This document shows positions 1 to 13,030 of a stretch of 64,000 nt of DNA, one piece after another (within the stretch, counting starts at the first letter, position 1; each line of letters opens with the position of its first letter). The DNA is from an uncultured Gammaproteobacteria bacterium (GTDB lineage: Bacteria; Pseudomonadota; Gammaproteobacteria; UBA4575), in assembly GCA_943789445.1 (NCBI GenBank), contig CALSUC010000002.1, forward strand, positions 12,256 through 76,255, in the 5' to 3' direction. The notes beneath the pieces are model-generated. The model saw nothing but the letters and a program-made list of their open reading frames with translations. It ran no database searches and was not told the origin of the DNA. The translations under genes were made by a program, and so were the position numbers.

Positions 1-2521
1 TGCAGTGGGTGTCGCAGCGGCTGAGGCCAGCAAGGCCATTATCCACAGCACAGTACCGCTGACCATTACCCTGGACGATACAGCTCTGACAGCGGGTGAA
101 ACCGCAACGGTCACCTTTACCTTTCATGAGGCCGTCACTGATTTCGATAACAGTGATATAACCGTGGAAGGCGGCACGTTATCAACCGTGACTTCAGCGG
201 ATGATGGCATCACCTGGACAGCAACGTTCAGGCCGACAGCGGGCATCAAAGATGCCACTAACCTGATTAAAGTGGGCTACGACTGGACCTATGTTTCTTC
301 GGGTAATGCACCCGCTGTTGAGCATGGGCAGGTCAACGCAGCCTTTACTACGGTAGCGCCAGTGGGTGTGACTGTTTCTGGTATTGGTAACAGCATCACC
401 AAAACGGCGATGGGTGGCAGCGGTAATGCAGGCACCTTCTCGGATCAGGTCATCACTGCAGATGGCTCGGTATCGACTACGGTAGCTGAAACGAATACGG
501 CCCGTACGATTGGTCTTTCTGGCAGCGATACCGATGTAAGCTATAGCTCGATTGATTACGCGTTGATATGTGGGCCGATGGCTCGCTTCGTGTCTATGAA
601 AACCGCTCTAACAAGGGGTGGGTCGGTACTTATGCGACAGGCGATGAACTGAGTGTTGAGCGTACTGGCTCGACGATTACCTACCTGAAAAATGACGTAG
701 TACTCTACACCTCAAGAGTTGCTTCGACGGGTGATTTGCATGTGGATACCTCGCTTACTAGTAAAGGTGCTACATTGAACGACATCGTCATCAAAGGGGA
801 TAACCTGACTGCAGGCGCCACAGGCATCACTGCCAGTAGCGCTAATTTTTCGGTTGATACCGTCTACGCCACCGCTGACCATTACCCTGGACGATACAGC
901 TCTGACAGCGGGTGAAACCGCAACGGTCACCTTTACCTTTAATGAGGCCGTCACTGGTTTCGATAACAGTGATATAACCTTGGAAGGCGGCACGTTATCA
1001 GCCGTGACTTCAGCGGATGATGGCATCACCTGGACAGCAACGTTCACGCCGACAGCGGACATCAAAGATGCCACTAACCTGATTAAAGTGGGCTACGACT
1101 GGACCTATGTTTCTTCGGGTAACGCACCCGCTGTTGAGCAGGTCAACGCAGCCTTTACCACGGTAGCGCCAGTGGGTGTGACTGTTTCTGGTAACAGCAT
1201 CACCAAAACGGCGATGGGTGGCAGCGGTAATGCAGGCACCTTCTCGGATCAGGTCATCACTGCAGATGGCTCGGTATCGACTACGGTAGCTGAAACGAAT
1301 ACGGCCCGTACGATTGGTCTTTCTGGCAGCGATACCGATGTAAGCTATAGCTCGATTGATTACGCGTTGATATGCGGGCCGATGGCTCGCTTCGTGTCTA
1401 TGAAAACCGCTCTAACAAGGGGTGGGTCGGTACTTATGCGACAGGCGATGTACTGAGTGTTGAGCGTACTGGCTCGACGATTACCTACCTGAAAAATGAC
1501 GTAGTACTCTACACCTCAAGAGTTGCTTCGACGGGTGATTTGCATGTGGATACCTCGCTTACTAGTAAAGGTGCTACATTGAACGACATCGTCATCAAAG
1601 GGGATAACCTGACTGCAGGCGCCACAGACTTCATTACCAGTAGCGCTAATTTTTCGGTTGATACCGTCTCGCCACCGCTGACCATTACCCTGGACGATAC
1701 AGCTCTGGCAGCGGGTGAAACCGCAACGGTCACCTTTACCTTTAATGATGCCGTCACTGGTTTCGATAACAGTGATATAACCGTGGAAGGCGGCACGTTA
1801 TCAGCCGTGACTTCAGCGGATGATGGCATAACTTGGACAGCAACGTTCACGCCGACAGCGGACATCAGTGATAGCACTAACCTGATTAAAGTGGGCTACG
1901 ATTGGACCTATGTTTCTTCGGGTAACGCACCCGCTGTTGAGCAGGTCAACGCAGCCTTTACCACGGTAGCGCCAGTGGGTGTGACTGTTACTGGTAACAG
2001 CATCACCAAAACGGCGGGGAATGGCTGGGTAATGCAGGCACCTTCTCGGATCAGGTCATCACTGCAGATGGCTCGGTATCGACTACGGTAGCTGAAACGA
2101 ATACGCATCGTATGATTGGTCTTTCTGACAGCGATACCGATGCAAGCTATACCTCGATTGATTACGCGATTTATCTGCGGACGATGGTCGCTTGTGGTCT
2201 ATGAAAACGGCGCTAACAAGGGGCGTTCGGTAGCTATGCGACAGGCGATGTACTGAGTGTTGAGCGTACTGGCTCGACGATTACCTACCTGAAAAATGGC
2301 TCGGTATTCTACACCTCAACAGTTGCTTCGACGGGTGATTTGCATGTGGATACCTCGTTGTATACGACAGGTGCTACATTGAACGACATCGTCATCACTC
2401 AGGCGCCACAGACTTCATTGCCAGTAGCGCTAATTATGTTGTTAATACCGTCACGCCAACCATCACCATTGCTGATGTCGCGGGCGACAACACCATTAAC
2501 TACCTTGAAGACGATGTCACC

Positions 2522-3796
2522 GTGGCTATCTCAGGTACCACCACGGGGGTGGAAGATGGGCAAATTCTGACCGTGACACTGAATGGCAAGGATTACCAAG
2601 CGACGGTTTCAGGCAATGCCTGGAGTGTGGATGTGCCAGCAGCAGATGTGCAAGCATTAGCAGAGAGTAACCATAGCGTTACCGCCTTAGGAGAGAGTAA
2701 CCATAGCGTTACCGCCAATGTAACGAATGCAGTGGGTGTCGCAGCGGCTGAGGCCAGCAAGGCCATTATCCACAGCACAGCACCGCTGACCATTACCCTG
2801 GACGATACAGCTCTGACGGCGGGTGAGACCGCAACGGTCACCTTTACCTTTCATGAGGCCGTCACAGGTTTCGATAACAGTGATATAACCGTGGAAGGCG
2901 GCACGTTATCAACCGTGACTTCAGCGGATGATGGCATCACTTGGACAGCAACGTTCACGCCGACAGCGGACATCAAAGATGCCACTAACCTGATTAAAGT
3001 GGGCTACGACTGGACCTATGTTTCTTCGGGTAATGCACCCGCTGTTGAGCAGCTCAACGCAGCCTTTACCACGGTAGCGCCAGCGGGTGTGACTGTTTCT
3101 GGTATTGGTAACAGCATCACCAAAACGGCGCCTAGCTGGCATAATGCAGGCACCTTCTCGGATCAGGTCATCACTGCAGATGGCTCGGTATCGACTACGG
3201 TAGCTGAAACGAATACGGCCCGTACGATTGGTCTTTCTGACATCGATACCAATCTACTCTATAGCTCGATTGATTACGCGCTTCGTCTGAGGAGTGATGG
3301 CTCGCTTAGTGTCTATGAAAACGGCGATAATAGGGGGTGGTTCGGTACTTATTCGAGTGGCGATGTACTGAGTGTTGAGCGTACTGGCTCGACGATTACC
3401 TACCTGAAAAATGGCTCGGTATTCTACACCTCAACAGTTGCTTCGACGGGTGATTTGCATGTGGATACCTCGCTTTCTAGTGAAGGTGCTACATTGAACG
3501 ACATCGTCATCAAAGGGGATAACCTGACTGCAGGCGCCACAGACTTCACTGCCAATAGCGCTAATTTTTCGGTTGATACCGTCACGCCACCGCTGACCAT
3601 TACCCTGGACGATACAGCTCTGGCAGCGGGTGAAACCGCAACGGTCACCTTTACCTTTAATGATGCCGTCACTGGTTTCGATAACAGTGATATAACCGTG
3701 GAAGGCGGCACGTTATCAGCCGTGACTTCAGCGGATGATGGCATCACTTGGACAGCAACGTTCACGCCGACAGCGGACATCAGTGATAGCCACTAA
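2522..3796 (+). CDS. Longest intact adhesin fragment ORF in gene 1 (424 aa). It covers a module C tail, module A, module B and the next module A.
   Basis: ORF track. It contains a 24-nt internal micro-duplication (ESNHSVTALGESNHSVTA) at 2661..2715. Confidence 0.5.
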   Translation: MAISGTTTGVEDGQILTVTLNGKDYQATVSGNAWSVDVPAADVQALAESNHSVTALGESNHSVTANVTNAVGVAAAEASKAIIHSTAPLTITLDDTALTAGETATVTFTFHEAVTGFDNSDITVEGGTLSTVTSADDGITWTATFTPTADIKDATNLIKVGYDWTYVSSGNAPAVEQLNAAFTTVAPAGVTVSGIGNSITKTAPSWHNAGTFSDQVITADGSVSTTVAETNTARTIGLSDIDTNLLYSSIDYALRLRSDGSLSVYENGDNRGWFGTYSSGDVLSVERTGSTITYLKNGSVFYTSTVASTGDLHVDTSLSSEGATLNDIVIKGDNLTAGATDFTANSANFSVDTVTPPLTITLDDTALAAGETATVTFTFNDAVTGFDNSDITVEGGTLSAVTSADDGITWTATFTPTADISDSH

Positions 3797-4439
3797 CCTG
3801 ATTAAAGTGGGCTACGATTGGACCTATGTTTCTTCGGGTAACGCACCCGCTGTTGAGCAGGTCAACGCAGCCTTTACCACGGTAGCGCCAGTGGGTGTGA
3901 CTGTTACTGGTAACAGCATCACCAAAACGGCGGCGGATGGCTGGGTAATGCAGGCACCTTCTCGGATCAGGTCATCACTGCAGATGGCTCGGTATCGACT
4001 ACGGTAGCTGAAACGAATACGCATCGTATGATTGGTCTTTCTGACAGCGATACCAATGCAAGCTATAGCTCGATTGATTACGCGATTTATCTGCGGAACG
4101 ATGGCTCGCTTGTTGTCTATGAAAACGGCGCTAACAAGGGGCGTTCGGTAGCTTATTCGAGTGGCGATGTACTGAGTGTTGAGCGTACTGGCTCGACGAT
4201 TACCTACCTGAAAAATGGCTCGGTATTCTACACCTCAACAGTTGCTTCGACGGGTGATTTGCATGTGGATACCTCGTTGATACGACAGGTGCTACATTGA
4301 ACGACATCGTCATCACTCAGGCGCCACAGACTTCATTGCCAGTAGCGCTAATTATGTTGTTAATACCGTCACGCCAACCATCACCATTGCTGATGTCGCG
4401 GGCGACAACACCATTAACTACCTTGAAGACGATGTCACC

Positions 4440-5267
4440 GTGGCTATCTCAGGTACCACCACGGGGGTGGAAGATGGGCAAGTTCTGACCGTGACACTGA
4501 ATGGCAAGGATTACCAAGCGACGGTTTCAGGCAATGCCTGGAGTGTGGATGTGCCAGCAGCAGATGTGCAAGCATTAGCAGAGGGTAACCATAGCGTTAC
4601 CGCCAATGTAACGAATGCAGTGGGTGTCGCAGCGGCTGAGGCCAGCAAGGCCATTATCCACAGCACAGCACCGCTGACCATTACCCTGGACGATACAGCT
4701 CTGACGGCGGGTGAGACCGCAACGGTCACCTTTACCTTTCATGAGGCCGTCACTGATTTCGATAACAGTGATATAACCGTGGAAGGCGGCACGTTATCAA
4801 CCGTGACTTCAGCGGATGATGGCATCACCTGGACAGCAACGTTCACGCCGACAGCGGGCATCAAAGATGCCACTAACCTGATTAAAGTGGGCTACGACTG
4901 GACCTATGTTTCTTCGGGTAATGCACCCGCTGTTGAGCATGGGCAGGTCAACGCAGCCTTTACCACGGTAGCGCCAGTGGGTGTGACTGTTTCTGGTATT
5001 GGTAACAGCATCACCAAAACGGCGATGGGTGGCAGCGGTAATGCAGGCACCTTCTCGGATCAGGTCATCACTGCAGATGGCTCGGTATCGACTACGGTAG
5101 CTGAAACGAATACGGCCCGTACGATTGGTCTTTCTGGCAGCGATACCGATGTAAGCTATAGCTCGATTGATTACGCGTTGATATGCGGGCCGATGGCTCG
5201 CTTCGTGTCTATGAAAACCGCTCTAACAAGGGGTGGGTCGGTACTTATGCGACAGGCGATGTACTGA
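4440..5267 (+). CDS. Adhesin fragment ORF (275 aa) covering modules C, A and part of B.
   Basis: ORF track. Same repeat protein. Confidence 0.45.
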   Translation: MAISGTTTGVEDGQVLTVTLNGKDYQATVSGNAWSVDVPAADVQALAEGNHSVTANVTNAVGVAAAEASKAIIHSTAPLTITLDDTALTAGETATVTFTFHEAVTDFDNSDITVEGGTLSTVTSADDGITWTATFTPTAGIKDATNLIKVGYDWTYVSSGNAPAVEHGQVNAAFTTVAPVGVTVSGIGNSITKTAMGGSGNAGTFSDQVITADGSVSTTVAETNTARTIGLSGSDTDVSYSSIDYALICGPMARFVSMKTALTRGGSVLMRQAMY

Positions 5268-8200
5268 GTGTTGAGCGTACTGGCTCGACGATTACCTACC
5301 TGAAAAATGACGTAGTACTCTACACCTCAAGAGTTGCTTCGACGGGTGATTTGCATGTGGATACCTCGCTTACTAGTAAAGGTGCTACATTGAACGACAT
5401 CGTCATCAAAGGGGATAACCTGACTGCAGGCGCCACAGGCATCACTGCCAGTAGCGCTAATTTTTCGGTTGATACCGTCACGCCACCGCTGACCATTACC
5501 CTGGACGATACAGCTCTGACAGCGGGTGAGACCGCAACGGTCACCTTTACCTTTAATGAGGCCGTCACTGGTTTCGATAACAGTGATATAACCTTGGAAG
5601 GCGGCACGTTATCAGCCGTGACTTCAGCGGATGATGGCATCACCTGGACAGCAACGTTCACGCCGACAGCGGACATCAAAGATGCCACTAACCTGATTAA
5701 AGTGGGCTACGACTGGACCTATGTTTCTTCGGGTAACGCACCCGCTGTTGAGCAGGTCAACGCAGCCTTTACCACGGTAGCGCCAGTGGGTGTGACTGTT
5801 ACTGGTAACAGCATCACCAAAACGGCGGGGATGGCGCGGTAATGCAGGCACCTTCTCGGATCAGGTCATCACTGCAGATGGCTCGGTATCGACTACGGTA
5901 GCTGAAACGAATACGGCCCGTACGATTGGTCTTTCTGACAGCGATACCGATGTAAGCTATAGCTCGATTGATTACGCGTTGATATGCTGGGCCGATGGCT
6001 CGCTTCGTGTCTATGAAAACGGCTCTAACAAGGGGTGGGTCGGTACTTATGCGACAGGCGATGTACTGAGTGTTGAGCGTACTGGCTCGACGATTACCTA
6101 CCTGAAAAATGGCGTCGGTATTCTACACCTCAAGAGTTGCTTCGACGGGTGATTTGCATGTGGATACCTCGCTTTCTAGTACAGGTGCTACATTGAACGA
6201 CATCGTCATCAAAGGGGATAACCTGACTGCAGGCGCCACAGACTTCATTACCAGTAGCGCTAATTTTTCGGTTGATACCGTCGTCACGCCACCGCCGACC
6301 ATTACCCTGGACGATACAGCTCTGACGGTGGGTGAAACCGCAACGGTCACCTTTACCTTTAATGAGGCCGTCACTGGTTTCGATAACAGTGATATAACCG
6401 TGGAAGGCGGCACGTTATCAGCCGTGACTTCAGCGGATGATGGCATCACCTTGGACAGCAACGTTCACGCCGACAGCGGACATCAATGATGCCACTAACC
6501 TGATTAAAGTGGGCTACGATTGGACCTATGTTTCTTCGGGTAACGCACCCGCTGTTGAGCAGGTCAACGCAGCCTTTACCACGGTAGCGCCAGTGGGTGT
6601 GACTGTTACTGGTAACAGCATCACCAAAACGGCGGGGATGGCTGGTAATGCAGGCACCTTCTCGGATCAGGTCATCACTGCAGATGGCTCGGTATCGACT
6701 ACGGTAGCTGAAACGAATACGCATCGTATGATTGGTCTTTCTGACAGCGATACCGATGTAAGCTATACCTCGATTGATTACGCGTTGTATCTGGCGAACG
6801 ATGGTCGATTGGGGTCTATGAAAACGGCGCTAACAAGGGGAGTTCGGTACTTATGCGACAGGCGATGTACTGAGTGTTGAGCGTACTGGCTCGACGATTA
6901 CCTACCTGAAAAATGGCTCGGTATTCTACACCTCAACAGTTGCTTCGACGGGTGATTTGCATGTGGATACCTCGTTGTTAGTACAGGTGCTACATTGAAC
7001 GACATCGTCATCAAAGGGGATAACCTGACTGCAGGCGCCACAGACTTCATTGCCAGTAGCGCTAATTTTTCGGTTGATACCGTCACGCCACCGCTGACCA
7101 TTACCCTGGACGATACAGCTCTGACGGCGGGTGAAACCGCAACGGTCACCTTTACCTTTAATGAGGCCGTCACCGGTTTCGATAACAGTGATATAACCGT
7201 GGAAGGCGGCACGTTATCAGCCGTGACTTCAGCGGATGATGGCATCACCTGGACAGCAACGTTCACGCCGACAGCGGACATCAATGATGCCACTAACCTG
7301 ATTAAAGTGGGCTACGATTGGACCTATGTTTCTTCGGGTAACGCACCCGCTGTTGAGCAGGTCAACGCAGCCTTTACCACGGTAGCGCCAGTGGGTGTGA
7401 CTGTTACTGGTAACAGCATCACCAAAACGGCGGCGGATGGCTGGGTAATGCAGGCACCTTCTCGGATCAGGTCATCACTGCAGATGGCTCGGTATCGACT
7501 ACGGTAGCTGAAACGAATACGGCTCGTATGATTGGTCTTTCTGACAGCGATACCAATGTAAGCTATACCTCGATTGATTACGCGATTTATCTGCGGAACG
7601 ATGGTCGCTTGTGGTCTATGAAAACGGCGCTAACAAGGGGACGTTCGGTAGCTTATGCGACAGGCGATGTACTGAGTGTTGAGCGTACTGGCTCGACGAT
7701 TACCTACCTGAAAAATGGCTCGGTATTCTACACCTCAACAGTTGCTTCGACGGGTGATTTGCATGTGGATACCTCGTTGTATACGACAGGTGCTACATTG
7801 AACGACATCGTCATCAAAGGGGATAACCTGACTGCAGGCGCCACAGACTTCATTGCCAGTAGCGCTAATTTTTCGGTTGATACCTAGCCACCGCTGACCA
7901 TTACCCTGGACGATACAGCTCTGACGGCGGGTGAAACCGCAACGGTCACCTTTACCTTTAATGAGGCCGTCACTGGTTTCGATAACAGTGATATAACCTT
8001 GGAAGGCGGCACGTTATCAGCCGTGACTTCAGCGGATGATGGCATAACTTGGACAGCAACGTTCACGCCGACAGCGGACATCAATGATGCCACTAACCTG
8101 ATTAAAGTGGGCTACGATTGGACCTATGTTTCTTCGGGTAACGCACCCGCTGTTGAGCAGGTCAACGCAGCCTTTACCACGGTAGCGCCAGTGGGTGTGA

Positions 8201-9356
8201 CTGTTACTGGTAACAGCATCACCAAAACGGCGGCGGTGGCTGGGTAATGCAGGCACCTTCTCGGATCAGGTCATCACTGCAGATGGCTCGGTAGTCGACT
8301 ACGGTAGCTGAAACGAATACGGCTCGTATGATTGGTCTTTCTGACAGCGATACCGATGCAAGCTATACCACGATTGATTACGCGATTTTTCTGCGGAACG
8401 ATGGTCGCTTGTGGTCTTTGAAAACGGCGCTACAAGGGGACGTTCGGTAGCTTATGCGACAGGCGATGTACTGAGTGTTGAGCGTACTGGCTCGACGATT
8501 ACCTACCTGAAAAATGGCTCGGTATTCTACACCTCAACAGTTGCTTCGACGGGTGATTTGCATGTGGATACCTCGTTGTATACGACAGGTGCTACATTGA
8601 ACGACATCGTCATCAAAGGGGATAACCTGACTGCAGGCGCCACAGACTTCATTGCCAGTAGCGCTAATTTTTCGGTTGATACCTCTGCCACCGCTGACCA
8701 TTACCCTGGACGATACAGCTCTGGCGGCGGGTGAAACCGCAACGGTCACCTTTACCTTTAATGAGGCCGTCACTGGTTTCGATAACAGTGATATAACCTT
8801 GGAAGGCGGCACGTTATCAGCCGTGACTTCAGCGGATGATGGCATCACCTGGACAGCAACGTTCACGCCGACAGCGGACATCAGTGATAGCCACTAACCT
8901 GATTAAAGTGGGCTACGACTGGACCTATGTTTCTTCGGGTAACGCACCCGCTGTTGAGCAGGTCAACGCAACCTTTACCACGGTAGCGCCAGTGGGTGTG
9001 ACTGTTACTGGTAACGACATCACCAAAACGGCGGCGTGGCTGGGTAATGCAGGCACCTTCTCGGATCAGGTCATCACTGCAGATGGCTTTATGTCGACTA
9101 CGGTAGCTGAAACGAATACGTATCGTATGATTGGTCTTTCTGACAGCGATACCGATGTAAGCTATACCACGATTGATTACGCGATTTTTCTGGCGAACAA
9201 TGGTGCGCTTCTTGTCTTTGAAAACGGCGCTTACAAGGGGGGTTCGGTAGCTATGCGACAGGCGATGTACTGAGTGTTGAGCGTACTGGCTCGACGATTA
9301 CCTACCTGAAAAATGGCTCGGTATTCTACACCTCAACAGTTGCTTCGACGGGTGAT

Positions 9357-9908
9357 TTGCATGTGGATACCTCGTTGTATACGACAGGTGCTACATTGAA
9401 CGACATCGTCATCAAAGGGGATAACCTGACTGCAGGCGCCACAGACTTCATTGCCTCTAGCGCTAATTTTTCGGTTGATACAGCAGGTACAGCAGCTATT
9501 GTAGGTACTTCAGGAGCAGATACCCTTGTAGGTGATGCAAATGATAATATCATCACAGGTGGTGATGGAGACGATACGATGACTGGTAGTGGTGGTCATG
9601 ATATCTTTGATTTCAATCTTTCGACCTTAGGGAATACAGATACGATATCTGATTTCATACTGGGAGCTGAAGCAACAGCGGATACGGATAAATTAGATTT
9701 AAGTGACTTACTCTCTTATACAACCGGTGATGACTTGGCACACTTTATTCAAGTGCTAGATGGTGGTACAGATGTCACGCTAAACATTGATAAAGATGGT
9801 GAATCTGATTTTACGACCCCTGAGCAGATAATTATTTTAGAAGGTATTGGAACAGGTTCTTTGGACTTGGCTGCTTTGACAGCGGACGATAATCTAGTCG
9901 TTTTATAA
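9357..9908 (+). CDS. C-terminal fragment of adhesin 1. RTX calcium-binding nonapeptide repeats plus the T1SS C-terminal target domain occupy 9483..9908.
   Basis: GGxGxDxxx repeats and the DLSDLL motif are present. A stop at 9906-9908 is followed by the terminator. Confidence 0.7.
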   Translation: MHVDTSLYTTGATLNDIVIKGDNLTAGATDFIASSANFSVDTAGTAAIVGTSGADTLVGDANDNIITGGDGDDTMTGSGGHDIFDFNLSTLGNTDTISDFILGAEATADTDKLDLSDLLSYTTGDDLAHFIQVLDGGTDVTLNIDKDGESDFTTPEQIIILEGIGTGSLDLAALTADDNLVVL

Positions 9909-10047
9909 AAAGTAGCGATAAATAAAAGCCCTCACTAACGTTGTTGTTTGGTGAGGGCTTTTTTTTTGTAGTACAAGCAACGTATCATAAGTAATTACTC
10001 GGTAATGCCGAGGGCTACTAGTGATTGAATAAGATTGATACTGCCCT
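9909..10047. repeat. Copy 1 of an identical ~139-bp direct repeat forming the 3' flank of an adhesin gene. It contains a terminator.
   Basis: The string 'aaagtagcgataaataaaagccctcactaacgttgttgtttggtgagggcttttttttt...gattgatactgccct' is identical to 19169..19307. The flanks diverge immediately after (10048 'ttcggg' versus 19308 'aaacat'). Confidence 0.9.
9928..9967 (+). terminator. Rho-independent terminator of adhesin 1.
   Basis: Stem gccctcac(9928-9935)/gtgagggc(9951-9958) followed by a T9 run. Confidence 0.85.
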
Positions 10048-13030
10048 TTCGGGTGCTCACCTAATGCCTTTATTATCCGCTGCCCCAGAGCGACCACAAG
10101 TCGTCGATCTACGCGCTCAAGGGCATGCGCCGGTCAATGTGATTATTTCTTGTTACATGACTGGAGTTACCTGCTTTTCCAAATATAGTCAAAGATAACC
10201 TAACTTAATTTTGGTGAGGTTTGACCGCTCAGTTCGGACTTTAAGACGGATTAAAGTGCTCTTCTTTATTTGGTTAATATATAATTTTTTTGTTTTTATG
10301 GGGCTCCAGTTAATGCGAGCTGCCGCTGAATAAAAATAATCTATAAAACAATATGTAACAGATAGCGGGCATGGGGAGATCCACATTGCCTAGGATTTAG
10401 AATTCAGCCGATGGTGGCAGGCCTAGTATGGCCGCTTACCTAAAAGATGCGAGTTGGCTACTCGGAGATAGTGGACTGCGTATTAATTATTGTACTTTTT
10501 AACAGTTCACTAAATATTATAAAAATTAAAGGTAGCATGGTTATGAGTGAAAAAATTCAAGAAGCGACCAGCTCAATGTATAAGAATTCAAGGGGTGTCG
10601 CAGCGGCTGAGCAGCAAGGCCATTATCTATCACAGCACAGCACCGCTGACCATTACCCTGGACGATACAGCTCTGACGGCGGGTGAAACCGCAACGGTCA
10701 CCTTTACCTTTAATGAGGCCGTCACCGGTTTCGATAACAGTGATATAAGCTTGGAAGGCGGCACGTTATCAGCCGTGACTTCAGCGGATGATGGCATCAC
10801 CTGGACAGCAACGTTCACGCCGACAGCGGACATCAAAGATGCCACTAACCTGATTAAAGTGGGCTACGACTGGACCTATGTTTCTTCGGGTAACGCACCC
10901 GCTGTTGAGCAGCTCAACGCAGCCTTTACCACGGTAGCGCCAGTGGGTGTGACTGTTACTGGTAACAACATCACCAAAACGGCGGGGGAGGCTGGGCTAA
11001 TGCAGGCGCCTTCTCGGATCAGGTCATCACTGCAGATGGCTCGGTAGTCGACTACGGTAGCTGAAACGAATACGGCCCGTATGATTGGTCTTTCTGACAG
11101 CGATACCGATGCAAGCTATGCCACGATTGATTACGCGATTTATTTGCGGAACGATGGCTGCGCTTGTGTCTTTGAAAACGGCGCTAGCAAGGGGACGTTC
11201 GGTACTTATTCGAGTGGCGATGTACTGAGTGTTGAGCGTACTGGCTCGACGATTACCTACCTGAAAAATGGCTCGGTATTCTACACCTCAGCGGTTGCTT
11301 CGACGGGTGATTTGCATGTGGATACCTCGTTGCATACGACAGGTGCTACATTGAACGACATCGTCATCAAAGGGGATAACCTGACTGCAGGCGCCACAGA
11401 CTTCATTGCCTCTAGCGCTAATTTTTCGGTTGATACCGTCAGCCACCGCTGACCATTACCCTGGACGATACAGCTCTGACGGCGGGTGAAACCGCAACGG
11501 TCACCTTTACCTTTAATGAGGCCGTCACCGGTTTCGATAACAGTGATATAACCGTGGAAGGCGGCACGTTATCAGCCGTGACTTCAGCGGATGATGGCAT
11601 CACTTGGACAGCAACGTTCACGCCGACAGCGGACATCAATGATGCCACTAACCTGATTAAAGTGGGCTACGATTGGACCTATGTTTCTTCGGGTAACGCA
11701 CCCGCTGTTGAGCAGCTCAACGCAGCCTTTACCACGGTAGCGCCAGTGGGTGTGACTGTTACTGGTAACAGCATCACCAAAACGGCGGGGGTGGCTGGGC
11801 TAATGCAGGCACCTTCTCGGATCAGGTCATCACTGCAGATGGCTCGGTAGTCGACTACGGTAGCTGAAACGAATACGGCTCGTATGATTGGTCTTTCTGA
11901 CAGCGATACCGATGCAAGCTATAGCCACGATTGATTACGCGATTTATCTGCGGAACGATGGTGCGCTTGTGGTCTTTGAAAACGGCGCTAGCAAGGGGAC
12001 GTTCGGTACTTATTCGAGTGGCGATGTACTGAGTGTTGAGCGTACTGGCTCGACGATTACCTACCTGAAAAATGGCTCGGTATTCTACACCTCAACGGTT
12101 GCTTCGACGGGTGATTTGCATGTGGATACCTCGTTGCATACGACAGGTGCTACATTGAACGACATCGTCATCAAAGGGGATAACCTGACTGCAGGCGCCA
12201 CAGACTTCATTGCCAGTAGCGCTAATTTTTCGGTTGATACCATCACCACCGCTGACCATTACCCTGGACGATACAGCTCTGACGGCGGGTGAAACCGCAA
12301 CGGTCACCTTTACCTTTAATGAGGCCGTCACTGGTTTCGATAACAGTGATATAACCGTGGAAGGCGGCACGTTATCAGCCGTGACTTCAGCGGATGATGG
12401 CATAACTTGGACAGCAACGTTCACGCCGACAGCGGACATCAATGATGCCACTAACCTGATTAAAGTGGGCTACGATTGGACCTATGTTTCTTCGGGTAAC
12501 GCACCCGCTGTTGAGCAGGTCAACGCAGCCTTTACCACGGTAGCGCCAGTGGGTGTGACTGTTACTGGTAACAGCATCACCAAAACGGCGGCGATGGCTG
12601 GGCTAATGCAGGCACCTTCTCGGATCAGGTCATCACTGCAGATGGCTCGGTATCGACTACGGTAGCTGAAACGAATACGGCTCGTATGATTGGTCTTTCT
12701 GACAGCGATACCGATGCAAGCTATACCACGATTGATTACGCGATTTATCTGCGGAACAATGGCTCGCTTGGGGTCTTTGAAAACGGCGCTAACAAGGGGA
12801 CGTTCGGTAGCTTATGCGACAGGCGATGTACTGAGTGTTGAGCGTACTGGCTCGACGATTACCTACCTGAAAAATGGCTCGGTATTCTACACCTCAACAG
12901 TTGCTTCGACGGGTGATTTGCATGTGGATACCTCGTTGCATACGACAGGTGCTACATTGAACGACATCGTCATCAAAGGGGATAACCTGACTGCAGGCGC
13001 CACAGACTTCATTGCCTCTAGCGCTAATTT

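Larger units (their letters stand above)
50..9480. repeat. Coding tandem repeat array of adhesin 1. The period is ~805 bp (modules A+B) or ~1090 bp where a ~290-bp module C is inserted. Copies are almost identical at the DNA level.
   Basis: The spacing of the conserved 30-mer landmark is 814, 807, 1101, 812, 1079, 808, 813, 800, 803 and 799 bp. Confidence 0.9.
1..9908 (+). pseudogene. Giant T1SS-secreted RTX-type repeat adhesin, paralog 1 (5' end outside window). In this window it carries 11 A-B repeat units with 2 intercalated C modules, then a C-terminal RTX/T1SS signal. The reading frame is broken about 20 times.
   Basis: A near-identical ~805-bp unit recurs: the 'ccgctgaccattaccctggacgatacagc' landmark sits at ~52, 866, 1673, 2774, 3586, 4665, 5473, 6286, 7086, 7889 and 8688. 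The + strand ORFs 5..652 through 9357..9908 all encode the same repeat proteins but hop between all three frames. The last ORF ends with the RTX nonapeptides GTSGADTLV/GDANDNIIT/GGDGDDTMT/GSGGHDIFD and then '...DKLDLSDLL...', which is a hallmark of VCA0849-type T1SS C-terminal target domains. There is an in-frame TAG at 7887-7889. Confidence 0.6.

Noticed and set aside
10189-10386. A 65-aa minus-strand ORF in the AT-rich region between the two adhesin genes.
   Set aside because: The region is AT-rich intergenic/promoter sequence with no RBS or motif. It is more likely the promoter region of adhesin 2.
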